Of a stretch of DNA of 64,000 nucleotides, positions 54,044-64,000 are shown one piece after another (positions within the stretch are counted from its first letter, which is position 1; each line of letters starts with the position of its first letter). The stretch spans positions 620,001 to 684,000 of the forward strand of contig CM035359.1 of the NCBI GenBank assembly GCA_020137815.1, read 5' to 3'. Source of the stretch: Hormiphora californensis. Taxonomy: Eukaryota > Animalia > Ctenophora. The notes beneath the pieces are model-generated. The model did not search any database. It worked only from the letters and a program-made list of their open reading frames with translations, and was not told the DNA's origin. The position numbers and the translations under genes were made by a program.

Positions 54044-57000
54044 CTAACTACAATTAGTTCTAAAATAAGGTCCCATCTCTTGCTCGCTAACTAAAGTATT
54101 ATGAGGCAGTTCGAACACTTTAGGACTCAGCTCTGTAACGTGGCCGGGTGATTCAGTCTCTACAATCTCTTCACTTACGTCTGGCTTCAAGGGATCAATT
54201 TGAATTAGTCCTGCTCGATCCTTTCCGTCTGTTCGGAGAGTGCTATCCGCACCACCCTCTGGTACTGTCACAACTCCACTCCACTGAGGGATGGGGGAGG
54301 GGGTTAGTTAGTGTGCTGTAGGGAGGGGTATAGTGGGGAGGGGTTGAAGAGTGCTGTCCGCACCACCTTCTGGTACTGTCACAACTCCACTCCACTGATG
54401 GGAGGGGGAGGGGATTAGTTACAGAGGGATGGGGAGGGGGTTAGTTAGTGGGCTGTAAAGGGAGGGGGTTAGTTATAGTGGGGGGTTGGAGGGGGTAGGG
54501 ATAAGATATTGTACTTGTAGTGTCAAAGAGTCACAACAAACATTTGTAATGCTAACATGTTTTACAACATGAAACATATCATGTTGTAACACAATGTTTT
54601 ACAGCTCACCGTGTGGTTATCTGATTTCTGAGCTCTATTTCTCCACCGACAGAACACCATGATAAGCACCACAGCTAGAACCACAAGGAGAATAGCTGCT
54701 AATACGAGGATTATCAATAACTCCTTTGCTGTTATCGCCTTACCAGACACCTCCTCCGCACCTGCATGGGAGAGGGGGGTTATTGTAGGGCGTGTTGGGA
54801 TTGCCTAGGGGCCTAGAGGATTGTAGTTTGGGACTGGCTCCATAGAACAGAGAGAGGGAGAGATAGAGTTGGAGTGAGTTACAGGGCGTGTGGGGACGTG
54901 GGTATACCCCGGGTGTGTGTTAACTGTCAACCTACTGGGGTGTTAACCTACCGAACACTGAGATGGTAACACTATCAGATTTAACATGTCCCAAAACAAT
55001 GTTGAACGTACTACACTCGTAATCTCCAAACTGCTCCGGCTGAAGATCCTTTATTGACTGAAATGAGAGGTATTAATTAATCAATTAATTGATTTAGTAA
55101 TTAGCTAATTAACTATTTAACTCACCAGTATAGACTGTATTTTCCTGTTGTTTAGTTTGCTGTTGTGAAATGTAACAAGGTTTGATCCATAGATAACAGT
55201 GTTGTTTACTTTCCATATTATATCAGCAGGAAGGGGCGAACCTGAAATAACATTAACCCTGATTAGATGTTAATTGAAACCATATAAATGCAGGACTTTT
55301 ATTTGATCCTGATGACATTTGGGTCTCCTAACACTCTTTTTAGCTCTGGCAAAAGTATTTCTTTATGTTGTACTTGTAATACAATTAACAACAACAATTT
55401 TATTATTGTTACAATTTTATCATTGTTACCTTTTTACCTTGCAAGTAATGTTTAGTCTCACCTTGAGCTGTGCAAGTAATGTTTAGTCTCACCTTGAGCC
55501 GTGCAAGTTATGTTTAGTCTCATTCCTGGTACTGCTTCTATGTTGGTCTCTCGGGCTGCCACAACAGTCGCACTCACTAGAATGGGGAGACATGTGTCAA
55601 AATAGGTCACGTGATGCCCATATATGGAGTTGGCTCGCAGCTCCGTGAAACAGTTATAGGAGCTAGGTAGCTATTTCGCTAGCTAGTTTGTCGTCCCTAA
55701 AACACAGATAGCCAGGGGGCTAAGGGCCGAAATGAAGATTTGACGCCAATTTCAGCTCTCTCTAACATGTTTCAGAACTATGTTTTATGTTACAGCTCTC
55801 TCTCTCTAACTAACACAGCATGTAAAACTAAGCAGCATGTTAAACAGCATGTTGCACACTTACCCACAGTGACACGAACACTCCTCTGTTCCACGTGGAA
55901 TCTGTTCCCAATAAACACCTTAGCAACACACATGTAGACCCCCTCATCTTCCAGCCTCGCCTCCTTGACAACCAGATTCCTAGAACTGACACTCAAATTC
56001 CCAACCTCCTCAACCACCATCTCCTCAACCGTTATCTCCCTTGTACGTGACTGGTCAGTATCCGTACGTGACTGATCACCATCAGTGCGTGACCACACAA
56101 TCTCACTTGGCCGGGGTTTACTGGTGACCGAACATGGAATCTTCTCATTCGACAGTTCAGGGAGTTCTATCTCAGGCAGGAGAGTGATTGAAGGGGGGAC
56201 GAACACATCAACTGTTATATAGAATGTCGTATAATAGGAGACATTGTGGACGATATTCTCAGCTGTCACAGTGTAGACCCCTCCGTCATCCAGAGATACT
56301 GTTGGGATAGTGAATTGGGACACCCCACTGTAGACCTCTACAGGGATGAAGGACAGGTTGCCCCGGTGTGAGGGGGTCCAGGTTATGGTGGGGCTAGGGA
56401 ACCCGTAGAGGGGGACTGAGAGGACCCCCACCTGGCCAGATAGCAGGGTTTGGAGCGGTTGAGCTGTATCCAGGTTGATTGCAACACGTTGTCCTGTAAT
56501 GTTTCATGGAGTAGAGAGAGGATATCAGGGCTGGTAGTGGGATGCAGCTGGGAGCCTATAGAATCATGCAGACTCTCTTTAATCATGCGAAGAGAGATGT
56601 AGAGATGGGGGTAGCTGATCATGCTGAGATTAACAGGTAGCGGTCGAAGTAGTAGCATGCTGTGTTCGTCATTTCATTGTTCGTGTCATCGTGTTTCACA
56701 ATATATTTCACCATATATGAAACGCCCATATATGGGTGTGTGTCATGGTCCAACCAGTCTGCTGAAAACATAGTCTATCTCTAAGAAGTGTTCGTCATCG
56801 TTGTTAGTCTTGCCAATTGTGTTGTAGTGTTCAAGGATTGTCAGTTGTCTCAGTATAGCAGCGACACAAGGTACAGAGAATCAAGAAGGAAGAATCAGGT
56901 TCATGCAACGTAACAAAGGGTGCAAGTAGTATAGATTGAGTAGCAGGTAACAAGTATAATTCAACTTGAATTTCAAGAGCATGCACTATAATAAGTACAT

Positions 57001-60000
57001 ATTTATTGAAAGTATCAGCTGTAAAAAGATGCAACACATTCACTTATAAATTAGCACAAAATCACAATTACAGCACACTTTCATTAGCCAATTAATTTAA
57101 TAATTAATTAACTTACCAACATTGAGAGTCACTAAGTCATATGTCTCATGGGTAACTCCCCTAATTGTGTTACTGGCTGAACACTCGTATGATCCTCCCA
57201 TTGACCACCTGGGGAACGCAAAGTTATTGGCGAGGAAACTAGCGCCATGGCCGCAAAGTTATCTCTCAAAAACTAGCATCTTGGTTAACCAAATTATGTT
57301 AACGGAGGGTATACTGTCACTTTACCTGACATTTCGAATGATAAGAGTGCTGTCAATTCTAGTGTACATTCCCCGTCCATTATCAAAGATGGGCTCTTGT
57401 GTTATGTCGTACTCATCTGAAACAATACCATATATGGGCATGCTGGTAAGATACCATATTTGGGCAATGCTTTGTAGCACCCTGTTTTAACCGCTCTTAG
57501 ATATCATACCAGCGAAATTAAAGCTCTTCAAATGTTAGCTTGAAAAGGCCGTGCAGGGGTGTTTAGTTATGATTTGATGTATGCTAAAAGCTGCAATTCC
57601 TCTTTGTATTTTCTACCAAAACTCTCTAAAATTCAAATATAGCATTGTACCCAGTGGTTTATAAAAAGTGGGCATTTCTATTTACCTGAGCTTTCACACA
57701 GGTAGTAGTAATCATCACTGGTGTTACTACTACCGTTAGTAGCATCTATAATTAGTTAATTAATTAGGACAAAATGTGCCACCACAGGAGATTTCGGGAA
57801 AACAATGAATAGCGCCGCTAAACTCGCGAAATGACATAAACACTACATTTACACGAATAAAATCAACTCCATATGATCTACCACCGAGTATCCCGCTACT
57901 ACCCCCTCTCTAGAGCTCACCCCTCCTGAGGAGGGCCCTATCATATCCCCCTAGTTCTCCCCATGTCCCCCTATATTCTTCATCAACTCACCAGAAGCAA
58001 TAACAGGTCTGCTCTTTGACTCACTCCTCACTGCCCACAGTATCTTCTCTGGAGATGGGGTGCCTGTGGCCCCACAACTCAGTCGAGCTGGGTACCCTAC
58101 CTCCCCTGCTACAGACCGGAATGAAGCCTGGAGAAAGTGGGTGTCATGGTAACAATACCAAATAAGGAATCAAGGGATATGGAGGGAACTAATACGTACA
58201 ATTTTAGCTGCTTCAACTCTGATGACTTTCTTGTAAGCAGGAGTGGTAACTTCTTTTCCATTGGCCAGCATGTTCCTCGCCCAACACTCGTAAGTTCCTG
58301 GGAGGTGTGATAAAGCATGACCATATATGGCATGAGATAATAAATTACCATATATGGGTCTACTTACCCTCCTGGTTTATTGACATTGATTTTATTGTCA
58401 GCACTGTTTCCACATTCTCCCAGTTCGATGTGAGATTCCTGGTCAGAATGCTGTACTCTGAACTTGAGAATATCTCTTGTCCAGTGTTACTGTTTACCCT
58501 GTTGATAAGGATCATTATATGACCAAATATGGACATGTTACATGTTACTAAATATGGATGAAGTATAATCACCGTGTAATTAATTTAAAGGAGTGACACC
58601 ATATATGAAGTGTGACAGAATATTAGTAGAGTCGATAACTACATCGACCTCTCCCAATTGTTCCAGTTTTTGTCACATCTGTTTGGAGCCTCGACACGAC
58701 CTCTAAACAGGTGTTACTTTTTCACAAACTGTTTTCATCTTGGTGTAATCAGCATTTGAAATGTTGCTGATCATAACAAAAACCTAACTATTTTTTTTCA
58801 ACTTGGGGTAAAACCATGGGTGTCAAAAGTTAGCTCTAGGTCCCCTGAGTAACCATCCGGAGACTCTAAGAGATATTTCCAGCAGTTCTCCTGTAATCAT
58901 TAATCCCGGTAGAGCACATATTTGAGTATGGACGTACGTGCAATTGCCTACAACCTCAACTTTAATGTATAACGTTAATGTGCGTCTCTCTCTTTTCTCC
59001 CCCTTGAGAAAGAGTTATCTCGCGCGGCGCAACCGCACGTGCGGTTTTTCCAGAGAGAGTGAGAGACATACAATAACATGTAAACAGCCTGCCAGCGCTC
59101 ACGTACGTCCGCATTGTATTTTTTTCTCCACCGGGATTAATGATTACGGGAGAACGGCTTGAAATATCTCTTAGAGTCTCCGGATGGTTACTCAGGGGAC
59201 CTAGAGCTAACTTTTGACACCCATGGTTTTACCCCAAGTTGAAAAAAAATAGTTAGGTTTTTGTTATGATCAGCAACATTTCAAATGCTGATTACACCAA
59301 GATGAAAACAGTTTGTGAAAAAGTAACACCTGTTTAGAGGTCGTGTCGAGGCTCCAAACAGATGTGACAAAAACTGGAACAATTGGGAGAGGTCGATGTA
59401 GTTATCGACTCTACTATATGGGGGTGGTATATGACCATGTATCATACATTGTATGTACCCGTACCATTGTATTGAGTCCCTGTCAGGGGCTGGTTTTCCA
59501 AATATAAGGCATTTTAATTGGTAGCTCTCTCCATCAAATATTTCTGCTGATTCTTCTCCCCCGTCAAATGTTACCTCAACCGGGACCTAGTTAATTAATT
59601 AGTAATTAGTAATGAATTAGGGAGTGATTAATGGTGATGTAATCAATGTTTGTAACAGTTTGTATATACCTCCACATAATTTGATTGTCGCACTATGATA
59701 GCCTGTTCGAATAGTCTCCGTCTGTCGGGTTTGTCTGGTATCCCCAGTCTTCCCTGTTTGTCTAGTCTGCCTGGTTTGCTTGGTTTGTGGTAAGGTTTGC
59801 CTGGTTTGTGATACGGTCTGTTTACTGTTGGTGGTCTGATATCCAGTCTCTCTGTCAGTGTCAGTGTGAGGAGAAGGGGGAGGAGTAGCAGGAGGGACAT
59901 GGCTAGATAAGTGTGTTACTGTTAGTGGGGCAGTTTTAGTATATAGTCTGGAGTAGTCACAGTTTCAATTTAACTCTGGTCAGTGTCTGACATGCAGGCA

Positions 60001-63000
60001 ACTATAATATCTCTGACCTCAGTACGCTAAACACATGTCATCATTGTGCATGTGTTAAAGATTGTAAACACGTCACAATTAGGAAATGGTGTCATCACGA
60101 AATTGTAGTTTGAGTATCAGACTTAGCAATATGGAAGAAGGGGTGAGGTCGCAGAATAAATAATATGCAAGCTGTAAACTACTAATAGCCGTGTCAAAAC
60201 AATCGGAAAAAGAGTTGAGTAACAAACTGTCGGAGTAACAAACTGTCGGAGTAACACCATGTCATATCTTCTGTCAAACTGTCATATATCTAGTGGAAAT
60301 GTGTGGGTTACGTCGTAATAAGTAGTTTGTGATATTATCAAACTCAGATTGTACAACCAACTATTACTATCATGATACATGAACAATTAGCACCGATTAG
60401 AACAGTTGATTAGCACCAATTAGCACTAATTAGCACACCGTACCAATTAGCACCAATTAGTGACCTAATTACCTGCACAATCAGCTGAATAACTTTAGAA
60501 TCTTGGAACGAACTGTTCGTTTTGTCCCTGTTGCTAAATTTACACGTGTAATAACCTGTGTGGAGGTCAGATTGAAACAAGGTCAGATTGAAACATAGAA
60601 CTGATCACGTGAATCTGTGGAGAGGTCAGATTGAAACAAGGTCAGATTAAAAAGATCCGGCCCCGACCCTAAAGCAAGCGAAGGAGTGCTCAGGAAGTAC
60701 AAGGTAAATATCACAATTTGAAATGTAAATCGCTGGACCCTTAGAAAGTACATATATCACAATTTGAATAGCTTACCCTCGTCCTCGATCTGTGTATCAC
60801 TAATCCTCAGAATACTGTTCACTTTATAGATTTTCTCCTTGGTGTTACTAATGAGGTACTTTCTGTGGTATCTAGGTAGCACCTTACCCTGGTACCCGTC
60901 ATACAGCCACTGGATCTCCTTGGGTTGGGGCGGGGGGACACCTGGAAAGGAGAGGGAGAGTGAGGGGGCGGGGGGACACCTGGGAAGGAGGGAGAGCGGG
61001 GGAGGGAGGGGGTTTCCAGACAATAAGACGAAACAATCCCTAGTTTTCATTTTTTTCGCCCTTGCTAAAGCACGTGCTTCTCATACCTTCTCCAGAGCAA
61101 GTCAGGTTGGTTTCCTCTCCTTTAGCTACGTTGATAACACCAGTTAGAACAGACACTATGACCCTTCGTACCTGATCCACGTTTATACTCTTGCTACTTG
61201 TCCTAACGATTCCTAAATGTGCATCATTATTCAGTACCGATTGAAGTGTTTTTAGTACTACCCCTCTAACCGCAGTGAGAGTAAGGGGAGTTGTTTGCTT
61301 GTGTGTTAGTACTATACTTACCATCCACAACGTTGCTAGCTGAACAGTTGTAGTTCCCAGTTAGGGTTGAAGTAAGAGAGTTTACACGAAGTGTTGCATT
61401 CATTCTGTTACCATTGGATACCAACATTGTCATGTAGTACTCACTATCAGATACTTCCTGGCCTGATGATCGGTGAGAGGGGGGTAGTGGGGCCTGGGGC
61501 CCACTGGATGTGGGAGTTAGGAGTTAATTATACAAGGAGGAATAGGGGAGGAGGGGTGTGTATTACTGGAATGAACATGACCGTGGAAATATCTCAAAAA
61601 TAAAACCTCCGTTATACCTGCGAAATACCATAGAATCTTGTTAGGTAAAGGTTTCCCCTCTATCTCACATACAACGTCAACAGGTTGCCCCTTCGTATTG
61701 TAAGCATATTCAGAGCGTGTCTTTACCTCCACTGGGAACTCTAATGGGAGATAAGAAGGTTGTTAAATGTTATCTTCTAACCTTGGGACGGGGTGATAGA
61801 GAGTAAGTCAGGGAGAAGTGCTGGGATTCGACTGGGAAGTCTTATGGGAGTAGTGAGTGCCGGTAGAAACCGTATTCAGGTGTCTTGATAACCGAGTTAT
61901 GGTCACACCTCTGTGCTTGCCAGCACACTGATGCAACATTTGACTGCGCGGCAGCCGGCACTGCACGTGCAGACTGCGCGCCACCAGGACCCCATCTCGC
62001 GCGATGTTTCATCCCGACATGTCACCGCGCGTTACGTCAAGTCATTACAACTGTGTGCAGACTGCATCTCTTGGTTTCGCTGGTAGCAATGCCATGAAAT
62101 TAGATTTGAACTGCAGCTGCATCTCAGAGATGCCACGACTGTAATGTTTCAAGCCCTATAATCTGAACCATAATTAGAGGTCATGTCACACACACATACC
62201 ACACACATAGAATGAAGGGGCCTGAAGGGGGGTCTCTATTGATAATCCTTACACACCCTAAACACTCACACACGTAACGACGTGTGAGGAATATATTATT
62301 CATATATTCAATGATATAATATGGGCCAGAATGACCACACATCAATCTGCCTATAGGTACAATAAATAGGGCCCAGCTTTGTAATGTTCAGTGTGAACAA
62401 GACAGTTTTTACTCAACACCAGTTTTTACTCAACACCAGACAGTTTGGGTGTCCTAACGCAATATTATTCGGGTTCCTTCGAGGTTGGACAGGACAAACA
62501 GTTATGGGATTGGGGGTAGTACACCAAGTTTCTTACCTACTACTACGTTCACTGAGTCATGTGACACTCTGTAACCATCCTTTAGATAGTTCCTAGCTGA
62601 ACAGTTAAACACCCTCTCACTGGCGTACTGGACACTTGTTATGGTCAGGGTGGAGATCACTGCTGTGGTATTGTCACCAATCACTGGAGGGGGGGGGGGT
62701 AGTTAGTTATGTAGCTCTAATACAGTTAGTTACCTATATGGGGAAATATCCACGCAATTAGGAGGGGCGGAACAAATCAGAAGTAGGTCAACAAGATACA
62801 CAACAGTCTAAGTAAGTCTTTTTACTCACCCACGTTTTCCATCCGAATATCAATATTCTTGTTGTTCACCAGATACCCGTTACTAGCCCACTCAATAACA
62901 TCTGAAAAACACAGGGAGTTTATTACAAAACAAGGAAACCTGTTACTTGATTTAGTCGGCGAAGTGTTGTGAAGTTGTTGTTACTGCCCTTTCAGCTAGA

Positions 63001-63924
63001 TTTACCTTTCAATGTGTTGACAAGAGAACAATGACTAAACTAGAGCCACATGTGTGTGATTCAATAAGTCACACACAATTTAACATGTTAGACACATGTG
63101 AGTGGTGATAGTGTAGAACCAACAGCTACAGTTGTATTGGGACAATGTGATTGTTTCTTTGGATACATTAGGGCTCCACTACAATATCTTGAGTCCAGTG
63201 GTAGAATGATGACATTCAAGAATATTATTGTATGTGAGTGTTTGAGATAGTGGGGGAGTGTTTGAGATAGTATTCTAGACATAGTGTTACATTAAAGGAC
63301 GTAGTGCGAGAAAGTGTGTCAACACACACAGGTGTGAAATATGTGGGGGGGGGGGGGGCGGAGGACATGGCAGTATTACACACGCACACATCTGTCTGTC
63401 AGTCTGTAGTGTTGGTCTGTCCGTTTGTCTGTCTATAGTGTTAGTCCACTAAAAGTAATACCTGGTAGCGGTTCCCCAACACCCCATACCCCACCCAATA
63501 CATTCCCAAAGTGTAACAAATACCTGGTAGTGGCTCCCCTGCTGCGGAGCACTGTAGAACAAGAGGTTTCCCATAAACACCAGTCAACAGTCTGGCCTTG
63601 GCTTGTACCTCCACCGGTGAAACTGAGAGAGAGAATGGGATACAAAGATGGGCAAAACAATATTTTATAAGCAGCCACCCAATTTATCAGCACCCCCCCC
63701 CCCCAATTTAAATCAGGGTCAGACTGTAGAACATACCATATTTGGTCACATAACATACCATATTTGGTCACAATGACCCTGGTATCAGTATACACGTTAT
63801 CTTCGTATCTGTTACTGGAAGTACAAGAGTAGTTTCCCCCGTTCTGGGGACCCACGTCATACAACGTTAATACAGACATGATGTCCTCTCCATACGATAC
63901 CGTCTCTATATCTTCTGTTATTGT
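54044..63924 (-). CDS. Multi-Ig-domain type-I membrane protein (IgSF adhesion molecule), 5'-truncated by the window end
   Basis: Many phase-consistent exons with I-set Ig signatures (VVCEIEGKPLPNKILWY, STLTITSVQYASERVFNCSARN, LDDGGVYTVTAEN, LEDEGVYMCVAK, NGGNYSCTSSN). TM exon 54610-54761 (LLIILVLAAILLVVLAVVLIMVFC-RWRNR). Cytoplasmic exon 54044-54283. Confidence 0.85.
55618..58532. promoter_or_regulatory. Cluster of 7 perfect CArG boxes (CC[A/T]6GG) in Ig-gene introns
   Basis: 55618, 56726, 57428, 57454, 58321, 58348 and 58523; near-matches at 56711 and 58599. Function not shown. Confidence 0.5.
58624..59416. mobile_element. Young foldback MITE with about 285-bp near-identical arms
   Basis: tagtagagtcgataactacatcgacctctcccaattg... 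versus ...caattgggagaggtcgatgtagttatcgactctacta, flanked by TAT (or TA). Confidence 0.9.
59643..59900 (-). CDS. Small secreted protein / putative neuropeptide precursor nested in an intron of the Ig gene (same strand)
   Basis: Signal-peptide-like MSLLLLLPLLLTLTLT, repeated PYHKP, G-K/G-R sites and RRR. AG 2 nt before the ATG. Lies inside host intron 59587-60472. Confidence 0.6.
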   Translation of the reverse strand: MSLLLLLPLLLTLTLTERLDIRPPTVNRPYHKPGKPYHKPSKPGRLDKQGRLGIPDKPDRRRLFEQAIIVRQSNYVEVYTNCYKH

Positions 63925-64000
63925 CTGTAATGGGAGGGAAATTGGTATCGAAGACACCTCCTACTCTGTTTAGCTCAGGTCGGCGGGCGACCTTCGCGCG

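Noticed and set aside
63736-63767. Two more CArG boxes
   Set aside because: One overlaps the exon/donor and the other is its 22-bp duplication, so they are not independent evidence.

Overview
Intron-rich, repeat-rich eukaryotic (animal) genomic DNA, not prokaryotic. Nested genes, acceptor-like AGs just before many ATGs and the general architecture would fit a ctenophore or similar early-branching animal, but this is inference only. Reconstructed genes: a 9-exon tetraspanin (+) hosting a bacterial/plant-type CDA-fold guanine deaminase in intron 4; a 15-exon TSR1 (-) hosting an intronless antisense TauE/SafE transporter in intron 10; an ABITRAM/FAM206A-domain gene with a long unexplained N-terminus; 10-exon DPAGT1; an intronless BRD4-like BET gene; a RanBP2-zinc-finger protein with many YxN/YxxM motifs; a 504-aa low-complexity orphan ORF; and a multi-Ig type-I membrane protein hosting a small secreted, neuropeptide-precursor-like ORF in an intron. 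The most striking pattern is that, in five genes, the tandem repeats are copies of the splice junctions themselves (branch point + AG + exon start, or exon end + GT). The extreme case is about 67 copies of the TSR1 exon-5 acceptor. Several MITE/foldback elements are present. Several CDSs carry isolated single-base indels (mostly insertions) that look like long-read consensus errors.
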